This document shows positions 32,210 through 41,634 of a stretch of DNA of 64,000 nucleotides, piece by piece. Source of the DNA: an uncultured Acidobacteriota bacterium (GTDB taxonomy: Bacteria; Acidobacteriota; UBA6911). Each line of letters starts with the position of its first letter. The stretch's first letter is position 1. The stretch lies in NCBI GenBank assembly GCA_963827655.1, contig CAWHCF010000004.1, forward strand, positions 64,001 to 128,000, in the 5' to 3' direction. The notes under the pieces were generated by a model that worked only from the letters and a program-made list of their open reading frames with translations, searched no databases and had not been told where the DNA came from. Position numbers and translations under genes: made by a program.

Positions 32210-33889
32210 GTGTATCAGGATCCTCTGACCAAAACTTACGATGCGGTCGTGATCGGCTCCGGGGCAACCGGGGGCTGGGCCGCCAAGCGGCTCTCCGAAG
32301 CAGGACTCAAAGTTGCGCTACTGGAAGCGGGGCGGAAGATTTCTTCGGAAGAATTCACCGAGCACATGCCCGCCTACAAGTTGGAATTCCGTAATCTCAC
32401 GCCGGAGATGGTGCGAACGCGGCCGATCCAGAAGATGTGTTACGCCTGCATGGAGTACAACTACGACTGGTTCGTCGACGACCTGCAGAATCCTTACAGC
32501 ACTCCTCAGGACAAGCCCTTCACCTGGCAGCGCCTCCGCGTTCTGGGCGGTCGAACCCTGGTCTGGGGACGGCAGAGTTACCGGCTGAGCGATCTGGATT
32601 TCAAAGCGGCCAGCCTGGACGGCTACGGCGAAGATTGGCCTTTTTCCTACCAGGACCTTGCGCCTTACTATGATCTGGTGGAGCGATATGTCGGGATCAG
32701 CGGCGCTCTCGAGAAGAACGACGCGCTTCCCGACGGTCAGTTTCTGCCGCCCATGAAAATGACCTGCGGCGAGTTGCTGCTGCGCGATCGGGTCCAGAGT
32801 AAATTCGGCCGCACCGTAACCATCGGGCGTACCGCCATTCTGACCAGGGGTCACAATGGCCGCGCCGCCTGCCATTACTGCGGTCCCTGCGAACGCGGCT
32901 GCGTGACCTTCTCGTATTTCAGCAGCCCCTTCACCACGGTCGCCGACGCGCTCAAGTCGGGCAACTGCACTCTTATTACCGACGCCGTGGTCCGCCACGT
33001 CGATGTCGACAAGAAGGAAAACCGCGCCCGGGGCGTAACCTACGTTGATCGGAACACTCGCAAGACGTATCAGATTTCCGCACGCTCCGTGATCTTGTGC
33101 GCGCAGGCGCTCGAATCGACACGCATCCTGATGAACTCGAAGACCGAACAGCACCCTGGCGGGGTGGGGAATTCCAGTGGATTGCTCGGACGATTCCTGA
33201 TGGATCACGCCGTGGGCGCCGGAGCCTCGGGAGACCTGGCGATCGATTTCAAGAAATCGGCCGCCGATCCGAATCGTCCGAACGGTGTCTACATAATCCG
33301 GTTTCGGAATCTGAAGGGAGGTCCGCGCCACCCGCGCTTTATTCGGGGTTACGGGTTTCAGGGAAGAGCCGGGCCCAACTTCGATTTCGATGCCGAAGGC
33401 TTCGGAGCCGGTTACAAGCACGCGGTCAAGAAGGGTGAATATGGAATCCGGTTAACCGGTTTCGGCGAATCGCTTCCGCGCCCGGACAACTACTGCGAAA
33501 TCGATTCCACGCTCAAGGATGCCTGGGGCATACCGGCGCTTCGCATTCACATGACCCACGGCGATAACGAGGTTGCTCTAATGGAGGACGCAGCCGTGAC
33601 GGCCGCGGAGATGCTGGAGGCTGCCGGCGCCCGCAACATCGTAGTCAACTCCAAGCTCGCCATGCCCGGAATGGCCATTCACGAAGTTGGGACCGCGCGC
33701 ATGGGGCAGGACCCCAAGAAATCAGTCCTCAACCCGGTCAACCAGACCCACGACATCGCGAATCTTTTTGTCATGGATGGCGCCTGCTTCGCTTCAAGCG
33801 GATGTCAGAATCCGACCCTGACCATGATGGCGATCACAGTCCGCGCCTGCGATCGCCTGATCGAGCGATTCAAAAAGAACGAGGTCTAG
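32210..33889 (+). CDS. GMC family FAD oxidoreductase
   Basis: [31 protein letters not shown] Cys cluster, [18 protein letters not shown]. Confidence 0.93.
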   Translation: MYQDPLTKTYDAVVIGSGATGGWAAKRLSEAGLKVALLEAGRKISSEEFTEHMPAYKLEFRNLTPEMVRTRPIQKMCYACMEYNYDWFVDDLQNPYSTPQDKPFTWQRLRVLGGRTLVWGRQSYRLSDLDFKAASLDGYGEDWPFSYQDLAPYYDLVERYVGISGALEKNDALPDGQFLPPMKMTCGELLLRDRVQSKFGRTVTIGRTAILTRGHNGRAACHYCGPCERGCVTFSYFSSPFTTVADALKSGNCTLITDAVVRHVDVDKKENRARGVTYVDRNTRKTYQISARSVILCAQALESTRILMNSKTEQHPGGVGNSSGLLGRFLMDHAVGAGASGDLAIDFKKSAADPNRPNGVYIIRFRNLKGGPRHPRFIRGYGFQGRAGPNFDFDAEGFGAGYKHAVKKGEYGIRLTGFGESLPRPDNYCEIDSTLKDAWGIPALRIHMTHGDNEVALMEDAAVTAAEMLEAAGARNIVVNSKLAMPGMAIHEVGTARMGQDPKKSVLNPVNQTHDIANLFVMDGACFASSGCQNPTLTMMAITVRACDRLIERFKKNEV

Positions 33890-33978
33890 CAAGCGCGCGC
33901 AGCTAGGTCAAGGCGCAGGTCACGAAGCTGGACCTCTGCCCGCGACGGCTCTCTCGAATAGTCCGCGTTCTTCCTCGG

Positions 33979-34332
33979 CTACGCCTCTGCCAGATCAAGA
34001 ACTTCGCGGAGGGCGTCTCCCACTTGCGCCATCAATGTTTGAGGAAGGCGGGTCAGGGGACCTTCAAGTAGACGTCGGTTATCGATTGCTCTTAGTTGAT
34101 CGATGAGAAGGTCGGACTCTCGACGCAAACGACCCGAGGCGCGGACGCGAATCCGCAGTGGCTCCGCATCCTGCACAAGGTTGGTTGTGAGCGGAATAAT
34201 TAGCGTCGATGGATGTTCCGCGTCGAGCAGAGGCTGAGACTGAACTACCAGCACCGGGCGAGTCTTTCCCGGCTCGGTGCCACGACCCGGGTTTAGATTC
34301 GCCAGCCAGATCTCACCCCGATTAGGCATCAG
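33979..34332 (-). CDS. PemK/MazF family toxin
   Basis: MPNRGEIWLANLNPGRGTEPGKTRPVLVVQ..IPLTT..IDQLRAIDNRRL. Confidence 0.92.
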   Translation of the reverse strand: MMPNRGEIWLANLNPGRGTEPGKTRPVLVVQSQPLLDAEHPSTLIIPLTTNLVQDAEPLRIRVRASGRLRRESDLLIDQLRAIDNRRLLEGPLTRLPQTLMAQVGDALREVLDLAEA

Positions 34333-34558
34333 GATCTTTTTCCATAGCCGCAAATTCGGCATTCACCCGCATGCTCTCTTTGCGCACTTTTCTTGAAGCT
34401 TCAGCTAACCTCTTGGCTCGAAGCTGCTGGCGGATCTCCTGGTTCATCCTCTCTACCGCTCGACGGATGTATGCGGAACGTGATAGCCGCAAAGCCGCGG
34501 CCAAACGCCGACTGCTTTCCAGCAGGTCATCCGGTAATTTCAGTGATATCGCTCTCAA
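34322..34558 (-). CDS. Ribbon-helix-helix antitoxin
   Basis: MRAISLKLPDDLL..SRSAYIRRAVE; overlaps the toxin start. Confidence 0.88.
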   Translation of the reverse strand: MRAISLKLPDDLLESSRRLAAALRLSRSAYIRRAVERMNQEIRQQLRAKRLAEASRKVRKESMRVNAEFAAMEKDPDA

Positions 34559-34709
34559 GACTCACTCCATGAATATCGACAGAGAGTATACCACATACAT
34601 ATCTCCGTCGTGTCCGCGATCGTTTGATCGAGCGATTAAAAAAGAGTAACCACTGAGACGAAGACGACAAAGATTCTCAGTGTTTCTTCGTGTCTTTGAG
34701 TCTTCGTGG

Positions 34710-37700
34710 TTAGTCTCCGCGCAGGGCGGGGAGCAGCGGCGCTCGAAATGCCGTCAACGCCGCCAAAGCCGAAGCTCCCAGTCCGACGATCAACACGGCG
34801 CCGAGCGTGAGAAGCAATGGTGCGACAGGGACCGTCCCTCCCTTCGACATCAGCGCCGGCGCAATCGCCACGAGCGCGCATACCGAGCCGGCCAGCAGTC
34901 CCAGCAGCATGAGCAGCGCGTTTTCCGCCACGATCAAACCGGCGAGAGCTTCCCTTCGAAATCCCACCGCGCGAAGCAGCGCCAACTCGGGCCGCCTTTC
35001 GATCACATTTCTCAGCAGGACGGTGGCAAGACCGATAGTCCCGAGTAGAAGGCCGAGCCCGCCCAAAGACTGAAAAGTCGACAAGTATGTGTTTTCCACC
35101 CGGTGGTAGGCGGCCAGGCGATCGCGCGACTGGCTGACATCGAAGCCCAGATCCGCGAGTCCTTCTTCCAGCGTCCGCGTTACCTCGACGGTTCTCGCGA
35201 GGGGAGCGTCGATCATGAAAAAGCGGTATCCCTCTTGTTCGGGAAAGACGCGCAAGAAATTTTCTTCTGAAATGAGGAGCTCACCCTGAAACAGGCTGTC
35301 TCTCAAGGCAGCCACAAGCCGCAGCCGGATTGACTCCCCGTTGGGGCCCCGAATCACAATCTCCTCGCCCAGCGCCCGCTGGAGGATATACCGGATGGTG
35401 TTGGCATCTCCGATCGCGGGAACGACGGCGTCCCCGGGCCTGGTATTCAGGAGAAGCCAGGGATTCCTCTCTTCCTCGGGAGTTCCAGCTATGGAGTCCT
35501 GGAACGAGAAGCGGCCCTCGGTCAGAAACGCTTTCGGGACGCCCAGAATTCGGGGTTCCTGAGGCGCATAGAGGTTCAGGCAGCTGGCATCGTCTCCGGG
35601 CCGGAATCGAAACCGGGTAAATCGGACTCCTTCCAGCGCGTCGGCTTCGCGAGACGAGAGACTGAGCGCATCTTTTCCTGCTTCGGTGTTCAAATCATGA
35701 AGCACAGGGAGGGCCGACTCGGCGTAAAGCGGGAATCCTCCGGTGCCGGAGGCTTTATCCATCGAAATCTTCCCGGGATCGTGCCTGAAAGCTTCCACCG
35801 ACACGATCACGAAGGTGGCCGAGGCAATCAGAGAGATGCAGAGCAGGCTTCTTCCAGGACGGTAACCCGCGTTGCGAGTTCCGAGATGGAAAACCGCCTT
35901 CCACCCTCTTCCGGCAAGAAGCTTCCGTCGGTCACGGCGCAAGCCCAGCGCGATCGAGCTCAAGAGCGCCGCCAGCAGAAGCGACCCGGCTCCAAAAAAG
36001 CCGCCGGTCTCGGGCACTACTCCCACTAAAGAACCCGTGAGAACCAGAAAGCCGAGAGACCCGGTCAGTATGGCGGCGAACCCGAACGCCCGTCCGCGCC
36101 GGCTCTGCGTGGCGCGCGACTCCAGCACCCCGGCCAGCATGGCACGAGGGGAGTTCTTGCCGACACCCTTCATCGTCAACGCCACGGACAAGATCGCCGT
36201 CAGGATTCCTGCCAGCGGTCCGATCAGGAAAGGCACCCACGAAAGATGCAAGAAGAGCTGGCGCATACCTATTGTCCCCGCCCACGAGGATTGGAGGCCG
36301 ACCAACAGGAGCTTGGCATACACCAGTGAGACAGCAGCGCCCACTAGACTTCCGGCTGCCGAAAGAATGAATCCCTCCATCAGGAAGAGCTTTCGGATGC
36401 GCCAGGCGGTAAATCCAGCGGCCGTCAGCGTGCCGATCTCCTGGATCCGTTGTTCTATGCCAAGACGGAAAAAGAGCGCGGCGAGCAGCGTTGCCGCGGC
36501 GATCAGGAAAAAGCTGAAGTAAATAAAATACTCGCCGAAGTCCGTGCTCCCGGTGGCTGCTTTCAGCCCCTGGGCCTTCACGGCGCTGAGCGTCAATCCG
36601 GATGCTTCGGGGTCAAGCTTTTCGCGCAGCCTGGCTTTGTAGGTTTCCAGAGACTCCGGCCGGAGTCGAATGGCGGTCAGCTTGCCGAATCGAGTTTGCC
36701 AGAGATCCTGACCCTTCGACAAGCTGATGAATGCCTTGGGGACCGTCTTGTAGCGATCCCAGTACTCCTCGTCCTCGGGCCGGATCCGATCGAGGTCGAC
36801 GGGGAAAGGCGGATCCCAGTCGCCCAGGCTGCTCTTTTCCGTAATGCCCGGGAAATCGGGGGCCAGAGCAGGGTCGGCGGCGTCTCCCTGCAAGGCGACG
36901 ATGCCGGCTAGACGAAAATCGGCGCTCCGGGTGACCAGACGGCCTTCGGTTTCCCAGAGGTAATAATCGATCGTGATAACCTCGCCCGGAGACGCCGCCA
37001 GGTGGTCCTGCGCCCATTGATTGAGCCAGATGGAATCGTCGCTGGCGCCGGCCGCTCCCGTGCCCTTGACCAGCCGAATGTCCGCCATGCTCCCCCGGAA
37101 AAGATCGACCGCCGTTATCACGGAGTATGGAATCGATCGCTGTCCGGCTCGGATCGTATTGGCAAGATATGTGTATACGCCCGAAGCCGGGGTCGCCGTC
37201 TGCGATGCCGTGTCCAGGGCGGCGCGCGCGAGTGGATCTTCCAGGACTATCCGATCACTCTCCAGGTAGGCGGCGGATTGAGTCCCGCGCACCTGGAGCC
37301 TCGATCCGAGATCCTCCAAATTGAAGCTTTCCCTCAACGCGCTGCGGAGGTCTTCTTCGTTCGCAGTCGCATCGCGGGCCGAGATCAAGACGGCGTTCAC
37401 AGCCGCATCCTGGTCCAGGTCCGCCTGAAGCCTTGTCAGAGGAACGAAGATCGAGCGAACCGTCGACGGATTGGACCTGAGCGAAAACTCGCCCAGATCG
37501 GACGACGGCACCATGCCGCTGCAGACGAGGCGCACGGTTCGGCCGGTATCATCCCTTCGGCCAAACAGTGACTCTCTGGGTATCCCCTCCTGCCTTTCGA
37601 TTCTCAGAAGGATTGGATCGTCCGGTTGCAGGGAAAGCTCGGCCGCCAGATTTTGACCTAAAAGAGCGTCGCGCTTTTCGGGTGCCTTCATCCAGTCCCG

Positions 37701-38072
37701 GTCTTGAAATTTCCAGAACCTTTGATCAATTCCATAAACGTTGACCTTGTGCGCTCGCTGGCCGGTCTTCTCGTTGATAACGATTCCCTCGAGAACAATG
37801 ATGGGGCATTGGGCGCTGAAGCTGCGCCTGAATGCGCTTCTCGACGCCATAGCCGCCGGAAGTTCCTCGCGGAAAAATCTGTTGGCGGACAGAAGGTAAT
37901 CCGTCTTACCCAGGCGTTGCAGAACCAGGTTGCGCAGGCTCGCTCGCACGGACTCGCCTACCAGCAAGGCTCCCGAGAGAACTCCCACCGCCGTCGCCAC
38001 ACCCAGTACTACCGCCAGGTTGGTACGCCAGAAGAAAGTAAGATTGCGAAACAACAGCCTGCTTGATTTCAT
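34710..38072 (-). CDS. Large FtsX-like ABC transporter permease (duplicated permease domains)
   Basis: 1120 aa; IEQRIQEIGTLTAAGF and VIERRPELALLRAVGF FtsX motifs; large periplasmic loops. Confidence 0.9.
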   Translation of the reverse strand: MKSSRLLFRNLTFFWRTNLAVVLGVATAVGVLSGALLVGESVRASLRNLVLQRLGKTDYLLSANRFFREELPAAMASRSAFRRSFSAQCPIIVLEGIVINEKTGQRAHKVNVYGIDQRFWKFQDRDWMKAPEKRDALLGQNLAAELSLQPDDPILLRIERQEGIPRESLFGRRDDTGRTVRLVCSGMVPSSDLGEFSLRSNPSTVRSIFVPLTRLQADLDQDAAVNAVLISARDATANEEDLRSALRESFNLEDLGSRLQVRGTQSAAYLESDRIVLEDPLARAALDTASQTATPASGVYTYLANTIRAGQRSIPYSVITAVDLFRGSMADIRLVKGTGAAGASDDSIWLNQWAQDHLAASPGEVITIDYYLWETEGRLVTRSADFRLAGIVALQGDAADPALAPDFPGITEKSSLGDWDPPFPVDLDRIRPEDEEYWDRYKTVPKAFISLSKGQDLWQTRFGKLTAIRLRPESLETYKARLREKLDPEASGLTLSAVKAQGLKAATGSTDFGEYFIYFSFFLIAAATLLAALFFRLGIEQRIQEIGTLTAAGFTAWRIRKLFLMEGFILSAAGSLVGAAVSLVYAKLLLVGLQSSWAGTIGMRQLFLHLSWVPFLIGPLAGILTAILSVALTMKGVGKNSPRAMLAGVLESRATQSRRGRAFGFAAILTGSLGFLVLTGSLVGVVPETGGFFGAGSLLLAALLSSIALGLRRDRRKLLAGRGWKAVFHLGTRNAGYRPGRSLLCISLIASATFVIVSVEAFRHDPGKISMDKASGTGGFPLYAESALPVLHDLNTEAGKDALSLSSREADALEGVRFTRFRFRPGDDASCLNLYAPQEPRILGVPKAFLTEGRFSFQDSIAGTPEEERNPWLLLNTRPGDAVVPAIGDANTIRYILQRALGEEIVIRGPNGESIRLRLVAALRDSLFQGELLISEENFLRVFPEQEGYRFFMIDAPLARTVEVTRTLEEGLADLGFDVSQSRDRLAAYHRVENTYLSTFQSLGGLGLLLGTIGLATVLLRNVIERRPELALLRAVGFRREALAGLIVAENALLMLLGLLAGSVCALVAIAPALMSKGGTVPVAPLLLTLGAVLIVGLGASALAALTAFRAPLLPALRGD

Positions 38073-38115
38073 GCCGCAACCAGAATGCCTTGAGTGTTTC
38101 TTCGAATCTTCGCGG

Positions 38116-38790
38116 TTAACTCTCTTCGGTCCGCAGCTTGTTTTCGCTCAAGTAGAACTTTCGCGAGAATCGGTCCGCCAGCTCGAGGTTATGAGTCACC
38201 ACGACGAGAATGGTCCTCTCATTTCGATGAAGGTCGAGCAGGAGGGAAGCGACCGCCTCGGTAGCCGCGCGATCCAGGTTCCCAGTGGGCTCGTCGCACA
38301 GCAGAAGTTTCGGCTTGCGGACCAGCGCGCGGGCCAGAGCGACTCGCTGTCTCTCGCCGCCCGACAGCTCCGAAGGCCTGTGGTGGAGTCTCTGGCTCAA
38401 TCCGACCCGTTCCAGCAGCTCGTGCGCGTAGTTTTCTGCATTGCGCTCGCCGTCATCCGCGACCAGAGTCGGAACCAGCACATTCTCGAGGACCGAAAGT
38501 TGAGGCAGCAGATGGTGATCCTGAAATACGAAACCGATCTCCTTGTTGCGAAACGCGGCGAGGCCTCTTTCATCCAGCAGAAAAGGATTAGACCCGCTCA
38601 GGATCACCGAGCCGCGAGTGGGCGGCTCAAGCGCGCCGATAATATGAAGCAGCGTACTTTTTCCGCTGCCTGACGGACCAACGATGGAAGCGGATTCTCC
38701 GGGTGAAAGAGCCAGGTTGATTTCGGACAGAACCGTGAGGGTGCCGCCGGGGGCAGGGAACTCCTTTGAGAGGTCAATAACCTGGAGCAT
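38116..38790 (-). CDS. ABC transporter ATP-binding protein (LolD/MacB type)
   Basis: GPSGSGKST, LSGGERQRVALARAL, LLCDEPTGNLD, VTHN motifs. Confidence 0.95.
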   Translation of the reverse strand: MLQVIDLSKEFPAPGGTLTVLSEINLALSPGESASIVGPSGSGKSTLLHIIGALEPPTRGSVILSGSNPFLLDERGLAAFRNKEIGFVFQDHHLLPQLSVLENVLVPTLVADDGERNAENYAHELLERVGLSQRLHHRPSELSGGERQRVALARALVRKPKLLLCDEPTGNLDRAATEAVASLLLDLHRNERTILVVVTHNLELADRFSRKFYLSENKLRTEES

Positions 38791-38808
38791 GGTGGTCAAG
38801 ACAAGAGG

Positions 38809-38886
38809 CGGTGACAGGCTCCAAATTGCCGGTTAAGAGAAGCCAAAAAACTTGTGTTTTGCCACGCAATTTGGTGCCTGTCACCG
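38809..38886. repeat. REP-like 21-bp inverted repeat pair
   Basis: CGGTGACAGGCTCCAAATTGC ... GCAATTTGGTGCCTGTCACCG (one mismatch, 36 bp loop). Confidence 0.85.
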
Positions 38887-38890
38887 AATT

Positions 38891-40210
38891 TCACACTAAC
38901 CGCAAAGACGCGGAACGGCGCGTGGCATCGATCAGAGTCTGGTAAACCGAAAGAGCGCGTTGGGCCATCTTTTCGGCGCCGAAATGGGCGCGCACACCCT
39001 GGCTTGCTCTCTGGCTCAGCTCCGTTCTCTTCTCAGGGTTTTCCCAGAGGGAGAGAATTCCTTCCGCCAGAGCGTCTGGATCGTCCGGATCCACAAGGAG
39101 GCCGCCTCCGGTTGTCTCAACGATCTCAGGAAAAGCCCCTCGCCGCGGCTGCACTACCGGCACGCCGTTAGCCATCGCCTCCAGCAGATAGATCCCCTTG
39201 GGTTCGTCATAGGGACTTGGCACCGAAAAAACATTCAAACTGTGAAGAAAGCTGATTTTCTCCTGCCGGTCCAATTCGCCGTGAAACTTGAATTCTTTTT
39301 CCAAACCCCATTCGGATATCTTCCGCTCAATGCCGGCAAGGTAGGGGCGGTATTCCGGAGCCAGGTAACCCGCTGCCCAAAGACGGCCAGGAGGTGATTT
39401 CTTCTTCACGCGCAACCGGCGATAAGCTTCACACAATTCGTGCAATCCCTTCTCGGGAGCGATCCGCGCCAGATATCCGATGGTAAACGGGTCGGAGGAG
39501 TTTTTCTTTTCCGCGCCATGCCCCTCAAGATTAATCCCCAGGGGGACCACATGGATTTTCTTTTCGGGCAAGCCCAGGAAATCCGACATGTAAGAAGCGC
39601 AGTATTCGCTCACTGCGATGAACGCATCGACATAGGCGGCATGCGATCGTATGAGCCGGAGCGACTCGTCACGATGAGACTGAGCGAGCCCTTGAAGGAA
39701 GAGCTCTTCTCCCTGGAGGGTGCAGCATATGGGAGTGTCCATCTGAGCTTTGAATTCCGGCGCCAGGCCCATCAACAGGGAATTCGGGAGATTGATGACG
39801 TCAGGCGATAACTCGCGCTTCAGGAAGAGAGCGAGTTTTTGAATTTCCTTGTGCTGAAAGCCGTCTCCTCCCCTCAACATCGACACTGTCAACGCTCCGA
39901 GATGAGCGGGATCGATCCGAACTCCCCATCGGGTTGCGATATTCAGAATCGCCGGATCATCCCAGAGCCGGTCCAGGAACCACGGAGTCTTGCGGAAGAG
40001 TCCGAGGTGCTGCTGGAGGTAGACGTTGATGCCGCCAAGGAAAACACGTTTTTGGCTGACATTCGCCTCGTCGGTGCGGGTGGGTGTATAGACGGGGATG
40101 AGATGAACTTCATGTCCGGACTTCAAGAGTTGTGCGGCCAGCGCATTATCCCGAAGGCAGCTGCCGCAGTACATCCCACCTGCGCCTGCGGTGATGTAGG
40201 CGATGTTCAT
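38891..40210 (-). CDS. Glycosyltransferase family 4 with N-terminal CxxC motif
   Basis: MNIAYITAGAGGMYCGSCLRDN, ARIAPEKGL, EPKGIYLLEAMANGVPVV. Confidence 0.9.
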   Translation of the reverse strand: MNIAYITAGAGGMYCGSCLRDNALAAQLLKSGHEVHLIPVYTPTRTDEANVSQKRVFLGGINVYLQQHLGLFRKTPWFLDRLWDDPAILNIATRWGVRIDPAHLGALTVSMLRGGDGFQHKEIQKLALFLKRELSPDVINLPNSLLMGLAPEFKAQMDTPICCTLQGEELFLQGLAQSHRDESLRLIRSHAAYVDAFIAVSEYCASYMSDFLGLPEKKIHVVPLGINLEGHGAEKKNSSDPFTIGYLARIAPEKGLHELCEAYRRLRVKKKSPPGRLWAAGYLAPEYRPYLAGIERKISEWGLEKEFKFHGELDRQEKISFLHSLNVFSVPSPYDEPKGIYLLEAMANGVPVVQPRRGAFPEIVETTGGGLLVDPDDPDALAEGILSLWENPEKRTELSQRASQGVRAHFGAEKMAQRALSVYQTLIDATRRSASLRLV

Positions 40211-40217
40211 AGAGAGG

Positions 40218-41450
40218 TCAGGGACCGGAGAAGCAATAGAGCGCGCCATCCTGGGAGCCGATCACCAGGACGCCGCCGGATGCTGCCGGCGAGGCCGAGA
40301 GCGGGGCTCCGGCGGTGAAGTCCCAGATTTTTTTGCCCGATGCCAGGTCCAGGACATAGAGATGCCCATCGTTGGATCCCACGTAGACGCGATTCCCGGC
40401 AATCAGCGGCGAAGATTCAATTCTGGCGCGAGTGGTAAAAGTCCAGACTTCCTTCCCGGTGAGTCGATTCAGGCAATGCAGTATTTTGTCCCGTCCGCCC
40501 AGTACCACCCGGTCTTTTGTCACCGCGGCCGAGGAGTAAAAAGGAAAGTTGCGAACCGGGTGGCGGTAGGTCCAGAGCAGAGCGCGTTTCTTGAGATCAA
40601 TGCCGATGACTTCATTCCCGAAGGTGCCCACGTATACCTGGCCATCCCTTATGGCCGGCGAAGCGCCCATGTAAGCGTGGATCGGCAGGGTGAAGAGTTC
40701 CTTGCCGCTGACCACATCAACGGCCCGGAAAACCTCGTCGCACCCGGCTACAAAGATTCGGCCTTCATCGATGGAAGGTGTGCAATGTACCGGCCCGTCG
40801 GTTGTGAATTTCCAGATTAACTTCCCATCGGCAGCCGACAGGCAGTAGAGATTCTGGTCGTAAGATCCGAAATAGACGCGATTGTCATGCCAGTTGGGGG
40901 ACGATTTGATTTCACTCTCAGCCTGAAACGTCCAGCGCGCCTTTCCGGTGTTTGCGTCGACGGCATGAAACACGCCATCGAGGTCCCCGACAAATACGGT
41001 TCCGTTCTGGACGCAGGGCGAAGACTCGGCCACCGGGCCCTTCGTCTTGTACTCCCAGCGGGCCTTGCCGCTGGCCAGATCGACGGCGTGGAGTGTTCCG
41101 TCCGTCGAGCCTACATAAGCTACACCATCCACGATGGCGGCGGACGATTCGATCGATTCTTTCGCCTGGTAGGTCCAGCGCAGCTTGAGAGAGGCGGGCA
41201 GGGGAGTCTCGGAGACGCCCCAGAGCCTGGAGTTTCCACGGAACATGGGCCAGGACCCCGTTCCCGGCTGATTCTGCGAGACCGCTGCCACGTGCAAGAG
41301 CAGAACGAAACCGATTCCGAACAGCGCTCTTCCGACCATAAGGTTGAGGAATGGTAGCAGAACCAGAGCCAACCACCAAGACGTAGCGCGGCCCTGAGGC
41401 CGCAACCCAAAACGATCAAGAATGCTTGGCCGCGCTGAGCTATCAGCCAT
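40218..41450 (-). CDS. PQQ-binding-like (BamB-like) beta-propeller protein (start possibly 41339)
   Basis: WPMFRGN followed by regular SSP..VYVGS.DG.L.A.D..GK..W blades. Confidence 0.9.
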   Translation of the reverse strand: MADSSARPSILDRFGLRPQGRATSWWLALVLLPFLNLMVGRALFGIGFVLLLHVAAVSQNQPGTGSWPMFRGNSRLWGVSETPLPASLKLRWTYQAKESIESSAAIVDGVAYVGSTDGTLHAVDLASGKARWEYKTKGPVAESSPCVQNGTVFVGDLDGVFHAVDANTGKARWTFQAESEIKSSPNWHDNRVYFGSYDQNLYCLSAADGKLIWKFTTDGPVHCTPSIDEGRIFVAGCDEVFRAVDVVSGKELFTLPIHAYMGASPAIRDGQVYVGTFGNEVIGIDLKKRALLWTYRHPVRNFPFYSSAAVTKDRVVLGGRDKILHCLNRLTGKEVWTFTTRARIESSPLIAGNRVYVGSNDGHLYVLDLASGKKIWDFTAGAPLSASPAASGGVLVIGSQDGALYCFSGP

Positions 41451-41469
41451 CAGCGGTCAGCTATCAGCT
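41433..41469. repeat. Heptamer tandem repeat (AGCTATC-like)
   Basis: gctg-agctatc-agccatc-agcggtc-agctatc-agct. Confidence 0.85.
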
Positions 41470-41634
41470 TTGGCGACCGGCGTTGCTAGTTTCCGAATGA
41501 GAAATGTTGCTCGACAACAAGATTTCATAGCGGTGTAATACGAAGGCACGAGCTTCGACTTAAGCGAAACTCTCAAACCAACATGTTGTCGTTCGCAAGG
41601 GGCCTTTGTTCGGGGCGAAGTCCCCGAACGAACC

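Noticed and set aside
41608-41629. Hairpin GTTCGGGG-CGAAGT-CCCCGAAC as an intrinsic terminator
   Set aside because: No U-tract follows it on either strand, so it cannot be called a terminator.
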